The notes under the pieces are model-generated. The model was not told the DNA's origin. It saw only the letters and a program-made list of their open reading frames with translations, and searched no databases. A DNA stretch of 64,000 nt from an uncultured Anaerolineales bacterium. Lineage in GTDB: Bacteria > Planctomycetota > Phycisphaerae > FEN-1346. The DNA lies in the NCBI GenBank assembly GCA_964461715.1, contig CAYWVR010000011.1:11289-75288 (forward strand). The letters are read 5' to 3'. Each line of letters begins with the position of its first letter. Position 1 is the stretch's first letter. A program made the translations under genes and the position numbers. Positions 54,971-63,589 of the stretch are shown here, piece by piece.

Positions 54971-55861
54971 ACGGCAAGGCGCCGGGCATCGGGCGACGGC
55001 AAACGGCGAACGTGACCTCCGGACGGGTGGGGATGCCGGCATAGGTAAGGCTTCGAGATTGCCAAGAGCGTCAACGTTCAGTCCGTTCGCGACGAAGTTC
55101 AGGGCGGCGCTTCCCTTGGGGCGGCCGTGGACGGGCCCGGGTCCTGTCTGACGAATCGGATCGGGCTTCGAGCGGCCGCATTCGCCCCTGGCGGCGTCTG
55201 CCTGGAAACTCATGCACACGTCTGAGGCGCGCGGGTTTCGCTCCGCGCCGCGCGCTCGATGCCTTGGCCCCGGGGCCGGCATACGACGCATGGCCACGTG
55301 TGGCCGTGTATTCCGCGGTCCGCGTTCCGAGCTCCGCGTTCAGTCCCCGCCCCTGCCGCAAAAACGCAAATGCCCACATTTTTGCGTCAGGTTCTCCGGG
55401 GCAATGGCCAAGGCCGGCGGGGGGGCGGCAAGAAGGGGTCAACTTCGTGCAAAAAGGGGGGCAAAAGGGGCGAGTTCCCCCCGGGTACCCCCCGAAAAGG
55501 TGCGAAAAGTGTGTCGCGGAGGGATAAATCGTTTCACGAATCCCGCCAAACGGGGGTTGGGGGCTGCGCGGCTTGCCCAGCTTGCGCAGGTTGCCATCGG
55601 GGCAAATGATTAGGGCCGGATTGGGGGTCGGGGCGGTCGCCTGGCGGAGGACGGGAGGGCCGGAGTGTTGCGGCGAATCAGCGATGGGCGGACGGATGAC
55701 GATGGACGCGGAGGCAGGGAGTCGGGGGGAGAAAGAGCGTGGGGTGGATCGGGCGGGGAAGGGGGTTGCATCGGGATGGGGGAGGGGTATAATACGACTC
55801 TTTGACGCCCGGTCCAAACGGGCCGGGAAGGCCGAATTCGCAAGAATACGGGGCAAGGGCC
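54971..55861. other. ~890-bp non-coding region with a purine/G-run-rich tract and the rpmE promoter
   Basis: No ORF with a credible translation. Strong G>>C skew on the plus strand from ~55400 to 55790, with many GGGG runs. Inverted repeat ACGCAAATG..CATTTTTGCGT near 55365-55395. Confidence 0.5.
55764..55793 (+). promoter_or_regulatory. putative sigma70 promoter of rpmE
   Basis: TTGCAT, 16-nt spacer, TATAAT, ~70 nt upstream of ATG 55862. Confidence 0.45.
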
Positions 55862-56452
55862 ATGAAAAGCGACATCCATCCCGAGTACGTCGAGTGCAAG
55901 GTGACCTGCGGGTGCGGCAACAGCTTCACGACGCGGGCCACGGTGGGGGAGCTGGCGGTCGAGGTCTGTTCGGCCTGCCACCCCTTCTACACGGGCCAGC
56001 AGCGGTTTGTGGACACGGCGGGACGGGTCGAGAAGTTCCAGAAGAAGTTCAAATGGAACGCCGCCCAGGCGGTCCAGGAGGCCGATGAGGCGGCCAAGAA
56101 GGCCCGCGAAAAGGCCGCGAAGAAGAAGGCGGCCGAGGCCCCGAAGAAGGCCCCCGCGAAGGCGAAATCCGCGGAGGGCAAGAAGCCCGAAAAGGCCGCC
56201 GGCGAGGCCAAGAAGGCCGATGAGGCGAAGGCCGAGTCGAAAAAGCCGGACGAGGCGAAGGCGGGCGCGGGGGGCAAGTCGACGGCGCCCGGGGTGGGGG
56301 AGGAATCGAAGCGGAAGCGTAACCCCCCGTCGAAGGCCAAGAAGGAGTCTCTGACGCCCAAAACGGGCAGCGCGCCCGCCCCGGAGGCCCCCGGCCAGCC
56401 GGCGGCGGCCGCGGACGAGGAGAAGGGGTCGCAGGGGGCGTCAGAGGGCTGA
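55862..56452 (+). CDS. rpmE: ribosomal protein L31 (zinc-ribbon type) fused to a ~125-aa Lys/Ala-rich histone-H1-like C-terminal tail
   Basis: [63 protein letters not shown] is full-length L31 with a CxC...CxxC motif. It continues in frame as [26 protein letters not shown]... to the stop at 56452. Confidence 0.8.
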   Translation: MKSDIHPEYVECKVTCGCGNSFTTRATVGELAVEVCSACHPFYTGQQRFVDTAGRVEKFQKKFKWNAAQAVQEADEAAKKAREKAAKKKAAEAPKKAPAKAKSAEGKKPEKAAGEAKKADEAKAESKKPDEAKAGAGGKSTAPGVGEESKRKRNPPSKAKKESLTPKTGSAPAPEAPGQPAAAADEEKGSQGASEG

Positions 56453-56527
56453 ATTCGGCGATTTGAACGCACGACGGAGCCGGTCGGCCGGAGCGGTCGG
56501 CCGGCTTCTCTATTGGGCCCGGACCCC

Positions 56528-57193
56528 CTACGGATAGTACCAGTAGCCGTACCCGTACCCCATCCGCCAGTATCCGCCGGGCCCGTAGTGGTAGGGGTGT
56601 CGGTAGCGGTAGGGGCTGTAGGCGTAGGGGGGGTAATAGGGGTCGTAGTAGTAGGGGCTCTGGTAGACGACTTCCTCGACCTTGATGAACTTGGTTTCGA
56701 GCGTATGGGCTTTCTCGCCCACTCGATAGGGCCAAACGAGGCGAAAGGAGCCGAGGGTGTCGAAGCGGATTTCGGGGGGCAGCTTGAAAATCAGGTCGGC
56801 GTCGATTTTTCCCTCGGGGGGCACGACGACGGCATCGGTGGTGACATTCTCTCCGGCGAAGTTGGGTTCGGTGACGGTGCGGCCCTCGTCGTCGACGATG
56901 TGGGCCTGGTCGGCCTGAAGCGTAAACGCTTGTGGGGACGTGTTTTGGATCTCGAAGCGGACGCGGATCCGCTGGAGGTCGATCTGGTCCTCACGCTCGG
57001 TGATGGTTCCGCGCGCGGCGACCTCGACGGTGATATTCTGCTCGGGGTCGGGGAGGGCGTATTGGGCCTTGGCGCCCCATCCGCCACCGGCGGCGCGGGG
57101 GGCCTGGGCGGGTCGGAAGTAGACGTCGCTCTTAGCGCAACCCGAGGCGACAGCCAGGGTTACGAGGCCCACAAGGATTACGGTGCGTGTCAT
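56528..57193 (-). CDS. lipoprotein with extreme Tyr/Pro/Gly-rich C-terminal tail
   Basis: Signal plus lipobox MTRTVILVGLVTLAVASGC. CAT 57191-57193 is preceded on the minus strand by GGAGAGGAG. C-terminal YQSPYYYDPYYPPYAYSPYRYRHPYHYGPGGYWRMGYGYGYWYYP. Confidence 0.6.
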   Translation of the reverse strand: MTRTVILVGLVTLAVASGCAKSDVYFRPAQAPRAAGGGWGAKAQYALPDPEQNITVEVAARGTITEREDQIDLQRIRVRFEIQNTSPQAFTLQADQAHIVDDEGRTVTEPNFAGENVTTDAVVVPPEGKIDADLIFKLPPEIRFDTLGSFRLVWPYRVGEKAHTLETKFIKVEEVVYQSPYYYDPYYPPYAYSPYRYRHPYHYGPGGYWRMGYGYGYWYYP

Positions 57194-57356
57194 GGTTTGT
57201 CTCCTCTCCTAGACTATTGTACGGGCGCGGGGGCCGCGGTCCAAGCATCTCGGAAGTCAAGAATTCGCGGGGGTTGGTCGGCGGGTCGGCTGGGGCATTG
57301 AATTGGGGCGGCGGGGGGCGTACACTCGGCACTCTAACTCCAGGCGGAGCGGGGCT

Positions 57357-58526
57357 TTGGCGAACGTTGCCATCCTGGGATCGACCGGATCCATCGGCCG
57401 CATGACCCTCGAGGTGCTCGCCTCGCTCGGTGAGCCGTATCGGGCGGTGTCGCTGGCGGCCGAGACGCAGACGGACCGGCTGGCTGCGCAGGTCGCCGCG
57501 ACGGGCGTCAGCCGGGTGTCGGTGGGGAGTGAAAAGGCCGCTCGGAGCCTCCGGGAGGCGCTTCCGAGGGCGAGTGAGGTCGAGATTCTCGTGGGTCCGG
57601 CGGGCCTCGAGGCGCTGGCCTCGGACCCGGAAGCGGACATCGTCCTCTCGGCGGTGGTGGGCGGAGCGGGCCTGCCGGCGGCCCTGGCGGCGGTCCGGGC
57701 CGGGAAGCGGCTGGCCCTGGCGAACAAGGAAAGCCTGGTCATGGCCGGGGCCCTGGTGATGGGCGCCGCGGCCGAGTCGGGGGCCGAGGTCGTGCCGGTC
57801 GACAGCGAGCACTCGGCCATCTTCCAGGCGATGGCGTGCGGGCGGCGCCAGGAGGTCCGAACGGTCGTTCTGACGGCCTCCGGGGGGCCGTTTTACCGGA
57901 AGACGCCGGACGCGCTGGAGAGCGTGACTGCCGCCGATGCGCTTAACCATCCGACGTGGTCGATGGGCCCGAAGATCACGATCGACTCGGCTACGCTCAT
58001 GAACAAGGCCCTGGAGGTGATCGAGGCCCATCACCTGTTCGGTGTGGCGGCGGGCGAGATTCGGGTGCTGGTGCATCCACAATCGACGGTCCATTCGCTG
58101 GTGGAGTTCGTGGACGGGTCGGTGATGGCCCAGCTCGGGCCGCCCGACATGCGGATGCCCATTCAGTACGCCCTGACGTACCCCCGGCGCCGCGGGGCCC
58201 CGTGGCCGCGCCTGGACCTGGCGTCGCTGGGGACGCTGGAGTTCGAGACACCGGATACGGCCCGTTTCCCGGCCCTGGATCTCGGATTCGAGGTCGTGAG
58301 GCGGGGCGGGACGATGGGGGCCGCCCTGGTGGGGGCCGACGAGACGGTCGTCGAGGCGTTTCTCGAGGGCCGCATCCGGTTTACGGACATGGTGCCGCTG
58401 GTGCGACAGGTGGTCGAGGCCCACGCGTTCCGGGCCGACCCGTCGCCGGACGAGATTCGGGACGTGGATCGCTGGGCCAGGAAGGAAGCCGCGCGTTGCC
58501 TAACCTCCTCTACATCTTCGAGATAG
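57357..58526 (+). CDS. dxr: 1-deoxy-D-xylulose 5-phosphate reductoisomerase
   Basis: VAILGSTGSIGR (NADPH motif), LANKESLV, DSEHSAIFQ and NHPTWSMG are Dxr signatures. Start inferred as TTG 57357 (L-A-N-V-A-I-L-G) after GGAG. The ATG/TTG at 57303 is a less likely alternative. Confidence 0.8.
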   Translation: MANVAILGSTGSIGRMTLEVLASLGEPYRAVSLAAETQTDRLAAQVAATGVSRVSVGSEKAARSLREALPRASEVEILVGPAGLEALASDPEADIVLSAVVGGAGLPAALAAVRAGKRLALANKESLVMAGALVMGAAAESGAEVVPVDSEHSAIFQAMACGRRQEVRTVVLTASGGPFYRKTPDALESVTAADALNHPTWSMGPKITIDSATLMNKALEVIEAHHLFGVAAGEIRVLVHPQSTVHSLVEFVDGSVMAQLGPPDMRMPIQYALTYPRRRGAPWPRLDLASLGTLEFETPDTARFPALDLGFEVVRRGGTMGAALVGADETVVEAFLEGRIRFTDMVPLVRQVVEAHAFRADPSPDEIRDVDRWARKEAARCLTSSTSSR

Positions 58527-60406
58527 CGATCGCCTTCGGCGTGGTGATTTTCGTCCACGAGCTGGGCCATTTCTGGGCGGCGAAGCACTTCGGCGCCCGG
58601 GTCCGCAAGTTCGCCATCGGCATGGGCCCGGCCATCGTGTCATGGACGCGGGGCGAGACGGAGTATTCGCTCCGGTGGCTTCCCCTGGGCGGGTTCGTGG
58701 ACATCGTCGGCGAGCACCCCGGGGCCGAAGGCGGCGACGAGGCGCGGGCCCTGTGCAACATGGCGGCGTGGAAACGCATCGTCGTGTTTGCGGCCGGGGT
58801 GACGATGAACGCCCTGCTGGCGATCGCGCTCTTTACGGCGGCCTCGCTGGTGGGGTTCAAGGCCCCCTCGCCGGTCGTCGGCCGCGTGACCCCCCATCTG
58901 GCCGCCGATTATGCCGTCGCGACGGTCGACGGGACCGAGTACGAGATCGAGCCGGGCGACCGCATCCTGGCCGTCGGGCACGGGCGCGTCGATCCCGCCA
59001 CGGACGAGGTGACCGAGACCGACTGGGAGAAGGTTGAATCGTTCGAGGACGTGATGAGCGTCATCTCGGGCGAGGACAGCGGCACCCGGTTCGCCCTGCG
59101 GATGGCGAAGGACGTCCCGGGCCGCGAGGAGCCGCTGGAGCTGGTGTTCGAGGGCCTGGAGAGCCGCAAGGAGGCGGGGGACCTTTTTCCGCGGCTGGGT
59201 CTGGAGCCTGCCTCGGCCCCCGTGCTGGACAAGATCATCCCGGGAAGCCCCGAGGATCAGGCGGGCTTGAAGGCCGGCGACCGCATCCTCGCGGTCGGGG
59301 AGACGCCCATTGAGCGCTGGTGGCAACTGGCCCGCGTCCTCCAGGAGGGCCCCAAGGGGCCCGTGGCGCTCGCGATCGAGCGCGACGGCGAGCGTCAGAC
59401 CCTCGAGATCGAGCCCTCCAAGATCTCCGAAGTCGAACTGGGCATGAGCCCGCCCGTCGGCATCCAGCGGGTCATGCCCGAGAGCCCGGCCGAGGAGGCG
59501 GGTCTTGAGGCGGGAGACATTGTTCGCCGCATGGGCGACGTGACGTGGCCCGACCTCGAGCAGGTCCAGGAGACCGTCCGGGGGGCGGCAGGGGGGACGG
59601 TCGAGATCGAGGTTCTCCGCGACGACAAGGTCAAGACCCTGGCCGCCCGCGTGCCGCCCCCCGAGGGCCCGACCCCGCCGCGCATCGGCATTGCCATGGG
59701 GCTGGGCTTCGCGCGGCCCGTCCGGGTGGGCGAGGTGGAGCCGGGCGGGCCGGCGGATGCCGCAGGCCTTCAGCCCGGGGACCTCGTCCTTGAAGTCGGG
59801 GAGGGGGACGACGCCGTCACGCCGGGGGCTTGGACGGATATCCTGGCCGTGGCGGGCAAGAACCTGGGGGAGCCCATCCGGCTGCTGATCGAGCGGGACG
59901 ACCAGAGGGTCGAGCTTCGGCTCCATCCGGACACCGAGCCGATGGAGCGATTCGTCCTGGGCGGGAGCCGGCCCTCCGGGCCGCTCTACGAGCCGATGCC
60001 CCGCATCTACAACCCGCTCAAGGCGACGGCCCGGGGCCTGAAGCGGACGTGGACGTGGCTCCAGCGGGTCTACGCGACGATCATCCAGCTCATCAAGGGG
60101 CAGGTCAGCACGGAGGCCCTGGGGGGACCGGTCCTCATCTTCAGCGCCAGCTACAAAGTGGCCAGCTACGGTCTGGGCACGTTCATCGACTTCTGGGCCA
60201 AGCTGGCGGTGATGCTGGCGGTGCTGAACTTCCTGCCCATCCCCCCGTTCGACGGCGGCCATGCGGTGTTCGTGCTGATCGAGAAGGTCAAGGGCGGGCC
60301 GGTGGGCCTGAAGGTCCGCACGTGGATCTGGCTCGCCGCCTGGATTCTGGTCGGCGTGTTCTTCCTTTTCATCCTCTGGCAGGACATCATGCGGCTGGTC
60401 GGGTGA
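58496..60406 (+). CDS. rseP: RIP metalloprotease RseP (site-2 protease, M50 family, multiple PDZ domains)
   Basis: FVHELGHFWAAK is the HExxH motif; the C-terminal LNFLPIPPFDGGH is the LDG motif; several PDZ-like segments lie between them. Start inferred as TTG 58496 (no in-frame ATG upstream of HExxH). Overlaps the dxr 3' end. Confidence 0.8.
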   Translation: MPNLLYIFEIAIAFGVVIFVHELGHFWAAKHFGARVRKFAIGMGPAIVSWTRGETEYSLRWLPLGGFVDIVGEHPGAEGGDEARALCNMAAWKRIVVFAAGVTMNALLAIALFTAASLVGFKAPSPVVGRVTPHLAADYAVATVDGTEYEIEPGDRILAVGHGRVDPATDEVTETDWEKVESFEDVMSVISGEDSGTRFALRMAKDVPGREEPLELVFEGLESRKEAGDLFPRLGLEPASAPVLDKIIPGSPEDQAGLKAGDRILAVGETPIERWWQLARVLQEGPKGPVALAIERDGERQTLEIEPSKISEVELGMSPPVGIQRVMPESPAEEAGLEAGDIVRRMGDVTWPDLEQVQETVRGAAGGTVEIEVLRDDKVKTLAARVPPPEGPTPPRIGIAMGLGFARPVRVGEVEPGGPADAAGLQPGDLVLEVGEGDDAVTPGAWTDILAVAGKNLGEPIRLLIERDDQRVELRLHPDTEPMERFVLGGSRPSGPLYEPMPRIYNPLKATARGLKRTWTWLQRVYATIIQLIKGQVSTEALGGPVLIFSASYKVASYGLGTFIDFWAKLAVMLAVLNFLPIPPFDGGHAVFVLIEKVKGGPVGLKVRTWIWLAAWILVGVFFLFILWQDIMRLVG

Positions 60407-60493
60407 CGTTACCCGTGGAGCCGCCGTCGGGAGACGGCAATTCCGCTCGAAGAGGCTCGCGTGCCCGCCGCCTGCGCGTTTTCCCGGCTCATG

Positions 60494-60529
60494 TGCAAAA
60501 AGAAACGCGGCGGGTCGGGGACCCGCCGC
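60494..60529 (-). terminator. intrinsic terminator (bidirectional candidate) between rseP and the hydrogenase operon
   Basis: 10-bp stem GCGGCGGGTC (60507-60516) / GACCCGCCGC (60520-60529) with a 3-nt loop. On the minus strand it is followed by GTTTCTTTTTG; on the plus strand by GCTAAGAGTTTT. Confidence 0.55.
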
Positions 60530-60553
60530 GCTAAGAGTTTTCACACGCCCTGC

Positions 60554-61864
60554 TTATAGCTCCTCCAGCTCCACCAGGTGGGCCGAGCAGGAGATGCAGG
60601 GGTCGTAGGCCCGGACGAGCATCTCGAGCTGGAACCGGATCTCTTCCTGCGTCTTGCCCTCGCTCATCAGCTGCGGGACGTAGGCCCGGAAGTCGGCGTC
60701 GATGTTCGCGAGGTTCTGGTTCGTCGGGATCACCAGGTTCGCGTTCTGGACGATGCCCTCGGCGTCGTACTCGTAGGCGTGCACCAGGGTGCCGCGCGGC
60801 ACCTCGACGACGCCGACGCCCCATCCCTCGGCGCCGTTCCATTCCATGGGCGGGGTCTCGTCCTGGATGCCGTTTTCGATCAGCTCATCCAGGAGCCGCA
60901 GCACCTCGTAGAAGCAGTGGACGCCCTCGACGACCTGAGCCGTGTTGTTGTGGAACGGGTTGGTGCAGGGAGCGGCGAGGCCGAGCTTCTCGGCGGCGGC
61001 CTTGCCCTCGGCGTTCAGTTGGGTGTGGTTGTTGTTGAAGCGGGCCAGGGCCCCGACCATGAGGCTCTCGCGGCGGTTCTTCACGTGCTTGGCGGAGGAG
61101 TGCCGAACGACCTCCTCGTGGATGATCTCTTTGTATTCGTGGTAATCGACCTTGTCGCCGTCGGTGGTGACGAGGTCGCCCTTGTAGAAGGCGTACTCCT
61201 CGGGACAGGTGATGGCCTCGTACTCGGTCTCCCGCTCGAACTGCGGGACGTCGAGGCCGGCAAAGAGGTCGACCGAATCCTGCGTGTCCTTCTCGTGCTT
61301 CGCGACGTGGTTCCGCAGCTCCTTCAGCTTTCGGACGGTCGGGAGCTGCATGTAGCCGCCCGGCACCATGGAGACCGGGTGCACGTGCCGCCCCACGAGG
61401 ACGCGACAGATGTGGTTCGCGAGGCCCTTCAATCGCATGGCGCGCAGGACCACGTCCGTGTGGGTCTTGGCCATGGGAATGACGCTCGGGGCGCCGAAGA
61501 AGTCGGGAGCGACGAGGAAGTAGGTGTGGAGCCAGTGGCTCTCGAGCTGCTCGGCATGGAGGACGATGCGGCGGAGGCGCTCCGTCTGCTCGGAGAGCTC
61601 CAGGCCCATGGCGTCCTCGGTGGCGTTCAGACTCGCCGTCCCGTGCCCGCACGCGCAGATGCCGCAGATGCGGGTCGTGAGGAACATCGCGTCGGTCCAG
61701 GACCGTCCGCGGAGCATCGCTTCGAAGAAGCGGGGGCTCTCGGTGATCTCGAGCTTCGTCTCGACCAGCTCGCCGTCGCGGACCTTGGCGACGATGTTGC
61801 CGTGGCCCTCGACGCGCGTGACGTAATCGACCCGGACGTCCAGGTTCTTCGTGGCTTCAGCCAT
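60554..61864 (-). CDS. [NiFe] hydrogenase large (alpha) subunit, group 3 (sulfhydrogenase/bidirectional type)
   Basis: N-terminal RICGICACGH (L1 Ni-binding motif) and C-terminal DPCISCSAH (L2 motif); only 7 residues follow the terminal His. CAT 61862-61864. Confidence 0.9.
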   Translation of the reverse strand: MAEATKNLDVRVDYVTRVEGHGNIVAKVRDGELVETKLEITESPRFFEAMLRGRSWTDAMFLTTRICGICACGHGTASLNATEDAMGLELSEQTERLRRIVLHAEQLESHWLHTYFLVAPDFFGAPSVIPMAKTHTDVVLRAMRLKGLANHICRVLVGRHVHPVSMVPGGYMQLPTVRKLKELRNHVAKHEKDTQDSVDLFAGLDVPQFERETEYEAITCPEEYAFYKGDLVTTDGDKVDYHEYKEIIHEEVVRHSSAKHVKNRRESLMVGALARFNNNHTQLNAEGKAAAEKLGLAAPCTNPFHNNTAQVVEGVHCFYEVLRLLDELIENGIQDETPPMEWNGAEGWGVGVVEVPRGTLVHAYEYDAEGIVQNANLVIPTNQNLANIDADFRAYVPQLMSEGKTQEEIRFQLEMLVRAYDPCISCSAHLVELEEL

Positions 61865-61937
61865 GGTCTATCCTGCTCCCGTCTCTTGGGATTGCCCCAT
61901 CGCGCCGGGTCGGAAACCCGCCGCGCCCATCGCTCGT

Positions 61938-62693
61938 TCAGACCTCTTCGGCGACTTCCTTGTAGTAGCCCTGCATCAGGCGGAACTCGCGGAGGATATC
62001 GTCCACGGTCAGGCCGAACTCGGCCATGACCTCTTTGGCGGCGTCGGTGTTGGGATTGTCGACGAGGCCGCGGCAGCCGATGCACTTGTGCCCGGCGCTC
62101 GGGCACAGGTACGGGCGGCATCCGGCCCGCGTCACCACCCCCAGGCACGGCACGCCCTTGTGCCACAGGCACACGTTGCCGGCCAGCTTGCAATCGACGC
62201 ACACGGGGTAATTGGGGGCCTTGTAGGGCTTGCCCATGAGGACGCACTTGGCCGCCTCCAGGAACTCCTCCGGATTCAGCGGACAGCCCCGCAGCTCCAG
62301 TTCTACCGGCACCTCGGCCTTCAGCGGCCGGGCCGCGATGTGCGGGAACCAGTCCTTCTTGTCCCCGTACACGTACTCGGCCACGTCGTCCGGATCCTGG
62401 AAGTTCTTGATCATGTTAACGCTGCCGGAGGCGGCACACTCGCCGAGGGCGACGAGGACGTCGGTCTTGGCGCGGATCTCCTGGATCCGCTCGATGTCGT
62501 GGGCGGTGACGATGGACCCCTCGACGAAGGTGATGTCGTAGTGGTCGGCGTCGCCGGTGTGGGCCTCGCGGAACCGGACGATGTCGGCCCGCTCCAGGAT
62601 CGGCAGCAGCCGGTCCTCGCAGTTCAGGACCTGGAGCTGGCAGCCTTCGCAGCAGGCCAGCGAGAAGAAGGCGAGCTTGGGTTTCTCGGCCAT
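61938..62693 (-). CDS. [NiFe] hydrogenase small (delta) subunit, group 3
   Basis: FFSLACCEGCQ is the proximal cluster motif; further Cys clusters (CPLNPEEF, CVDCKLAGNVC, CLGVVTRAGC, CPSAGHKCIGC). CAT 62691-62693 is preceded on the minus strand by GAAGGA. Confidence 0.9.
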   Translation of the reverse strand: MAEKPKLAFFSLACCEGCQLQVLNCEDRLLPILERADIVRFREAHTGDADHYDITFVEGSIVTAHDIERIQEIRAKTDVLVALGECAASGSVNMIKNFQDPDDVAEYVYGDKKDWFPHIAARPLKAEVPVELELRGCPLNPEEFLEAAKCVLMGKPYKAPNYPVCVDCKLAGNVCLWHKGVPCLGVVTRAGCRPYLCPSAGHKCIGCRGLVDNPNTDAAKEVMAEFGLTVDDILREFRLMQGYYKEVAEEV

Positions 62694-62732
62694 GGGTTGT
62701 CCTTCAGTAACCTCGGATCGCGTCGCGCGTGC

Positions 62733-63587
62733 TTAAATGCCCTCACGCAGGTGCTTGACCTGTTCGTAGGTGAAGACCGGTCCCTCGCGGCAGACGTAAA
62801 TGCCGCGAATCTGGCAGTGGCCGCACTTGCCGATGCCGCACTTCATGTGCCGCTCCAGCGAGCACAGGATGCGGTGCTCCGGCACGCCCTCGGCCAGGGC
62901 CTCCAGGACCGTGAACTTGAACATGACGGGCGGCCCGACGATGACGGCCCAGGTCTTGGCGGCGTCCATCTCGATCTCGCGGAAGAGGCGTGTGATGACG
63001 CCCGTCTTGCCCTTCCAGCTCTTGTCGGGCCGGTCGACGGTGACGAGGGCCTCGACGTCGTCACGGTCCTGCCAGGCGGCCAGCTCGTCGGTAAAGAGCA
63101 GCAGGTTCGGCTCGCGGGCCCCGACGAGGATGGTGACTTTGCCGTAGTCCTGGCGCTTGTCCAGGACGTAGTTAATGAGGCTCCGCGTGGGCGCAAGACC
63201 CAGCCCGCCCGCGACGAAAAGCATGTCCGCGCCCTTCGTCTCCTCGTACGGGAAATGGTTCCCGAAGGGGCCGCGGACGCCCAGGCGGTCGCCCTCGCCG
63301 TAGCCCTTGAGGGCGTCCGTGACGGTGCCGACGCTTCGGACCGTCAGCTCGAACGCCTCGCCCTGGGTCGGGCTGGAGCAGATGGAGATGGGCGCCTCGC
63401 CCAGCCCGAAGACCGTGACGCCGACGAACTGGCCGGGCTCGTAGACGAGCGGCTCGTCCTCCATCTCGAGGCGGAAGAACCGCTCCGTCTCGGTCATCTG
63501 CTCGGCGTGGGTGATGCGCGCCATGCGCGGCACATAGGGGCTCGCGGCCCGGGCGCCCTTCTGGAGACTCGCGTCGGTCTGGGTCAC
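62733..63587 (-). CDS. hydrogenase gamma subunit (FAD/NAD(P)-binding oxidoreductase with C-terminal 2Fe-2S)
   Basis: FNR-like fold (GQFVGVTVFG...PISICSSP; MLFVAGGLGLAP) and C-terminal CGIGKCGHCQ...C. GTG start at 63585-63587, two nt after the beta-subunit stop; an alternative ATG at 63524 would make it shorter. Confidence 0.75.
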   Translation of the reverse strand: MTQTDASLQKGARAASPYVPRMARITHAEQMTETERFFRLEMEDEPLVYEPGQFVGVTVFGLGEAPISICSSPTQGEAFELTVRSVGTVTDALKGYGEGDRLGVRGPFGNHFPYEETKGADMLFVAGGLGLAPTRSLINYVLDKRQDYGKVTILVGAREPNLLLFTDELAAWQDRDDVEALVTVDRPDKSWKGKTGVITRLFREIEMDAAKTWAVIVGPPVMFKFTVLEALAEGVPEHRILCSLERHMKCGIGKCGHCQIRGIYVCREGPVFTYEQVKHLREGI

Positions 63588-63589
63588 GG

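Noticed and set aside
54971-55861. tRNA, tmRNA, RNase P RNA or SRP RNA in the long non-coding region
   Set aside because: I scanned both strands for T-loop (GGTTCGAATCC-like), tmRNA tag/3' end, RNase P P4 and SRP domain IV consensus. I found only weak partial resemblances (for example GTCAGGT..CCGG..CCAAGGC), insufficient to call an RNA gene. It is left as an unexplained region.
57303-57356. Upstream start (57303) for dxr giving an MGRRGAYTRHSNSRRSG prefix
   Set aside because: Dxr N-termini begin immediately before the (V/I)LGSTGSIG NADPH motif. TTG 57357 with GGAG upstream fits this; the 18-aa basic prefix has no counterpart. Kept only as a low-probability alternative.
60554-62029. 483-aa plus-strand ORF 60578..62029 antisense to the hydrogenase large subunit; also 60885..61652 (-) alternative frame
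   Set aside because: Asp/Gly/Val-rich nonsense antisense to a gene with canonical RICGIC / DPCxxCxxH motifs.
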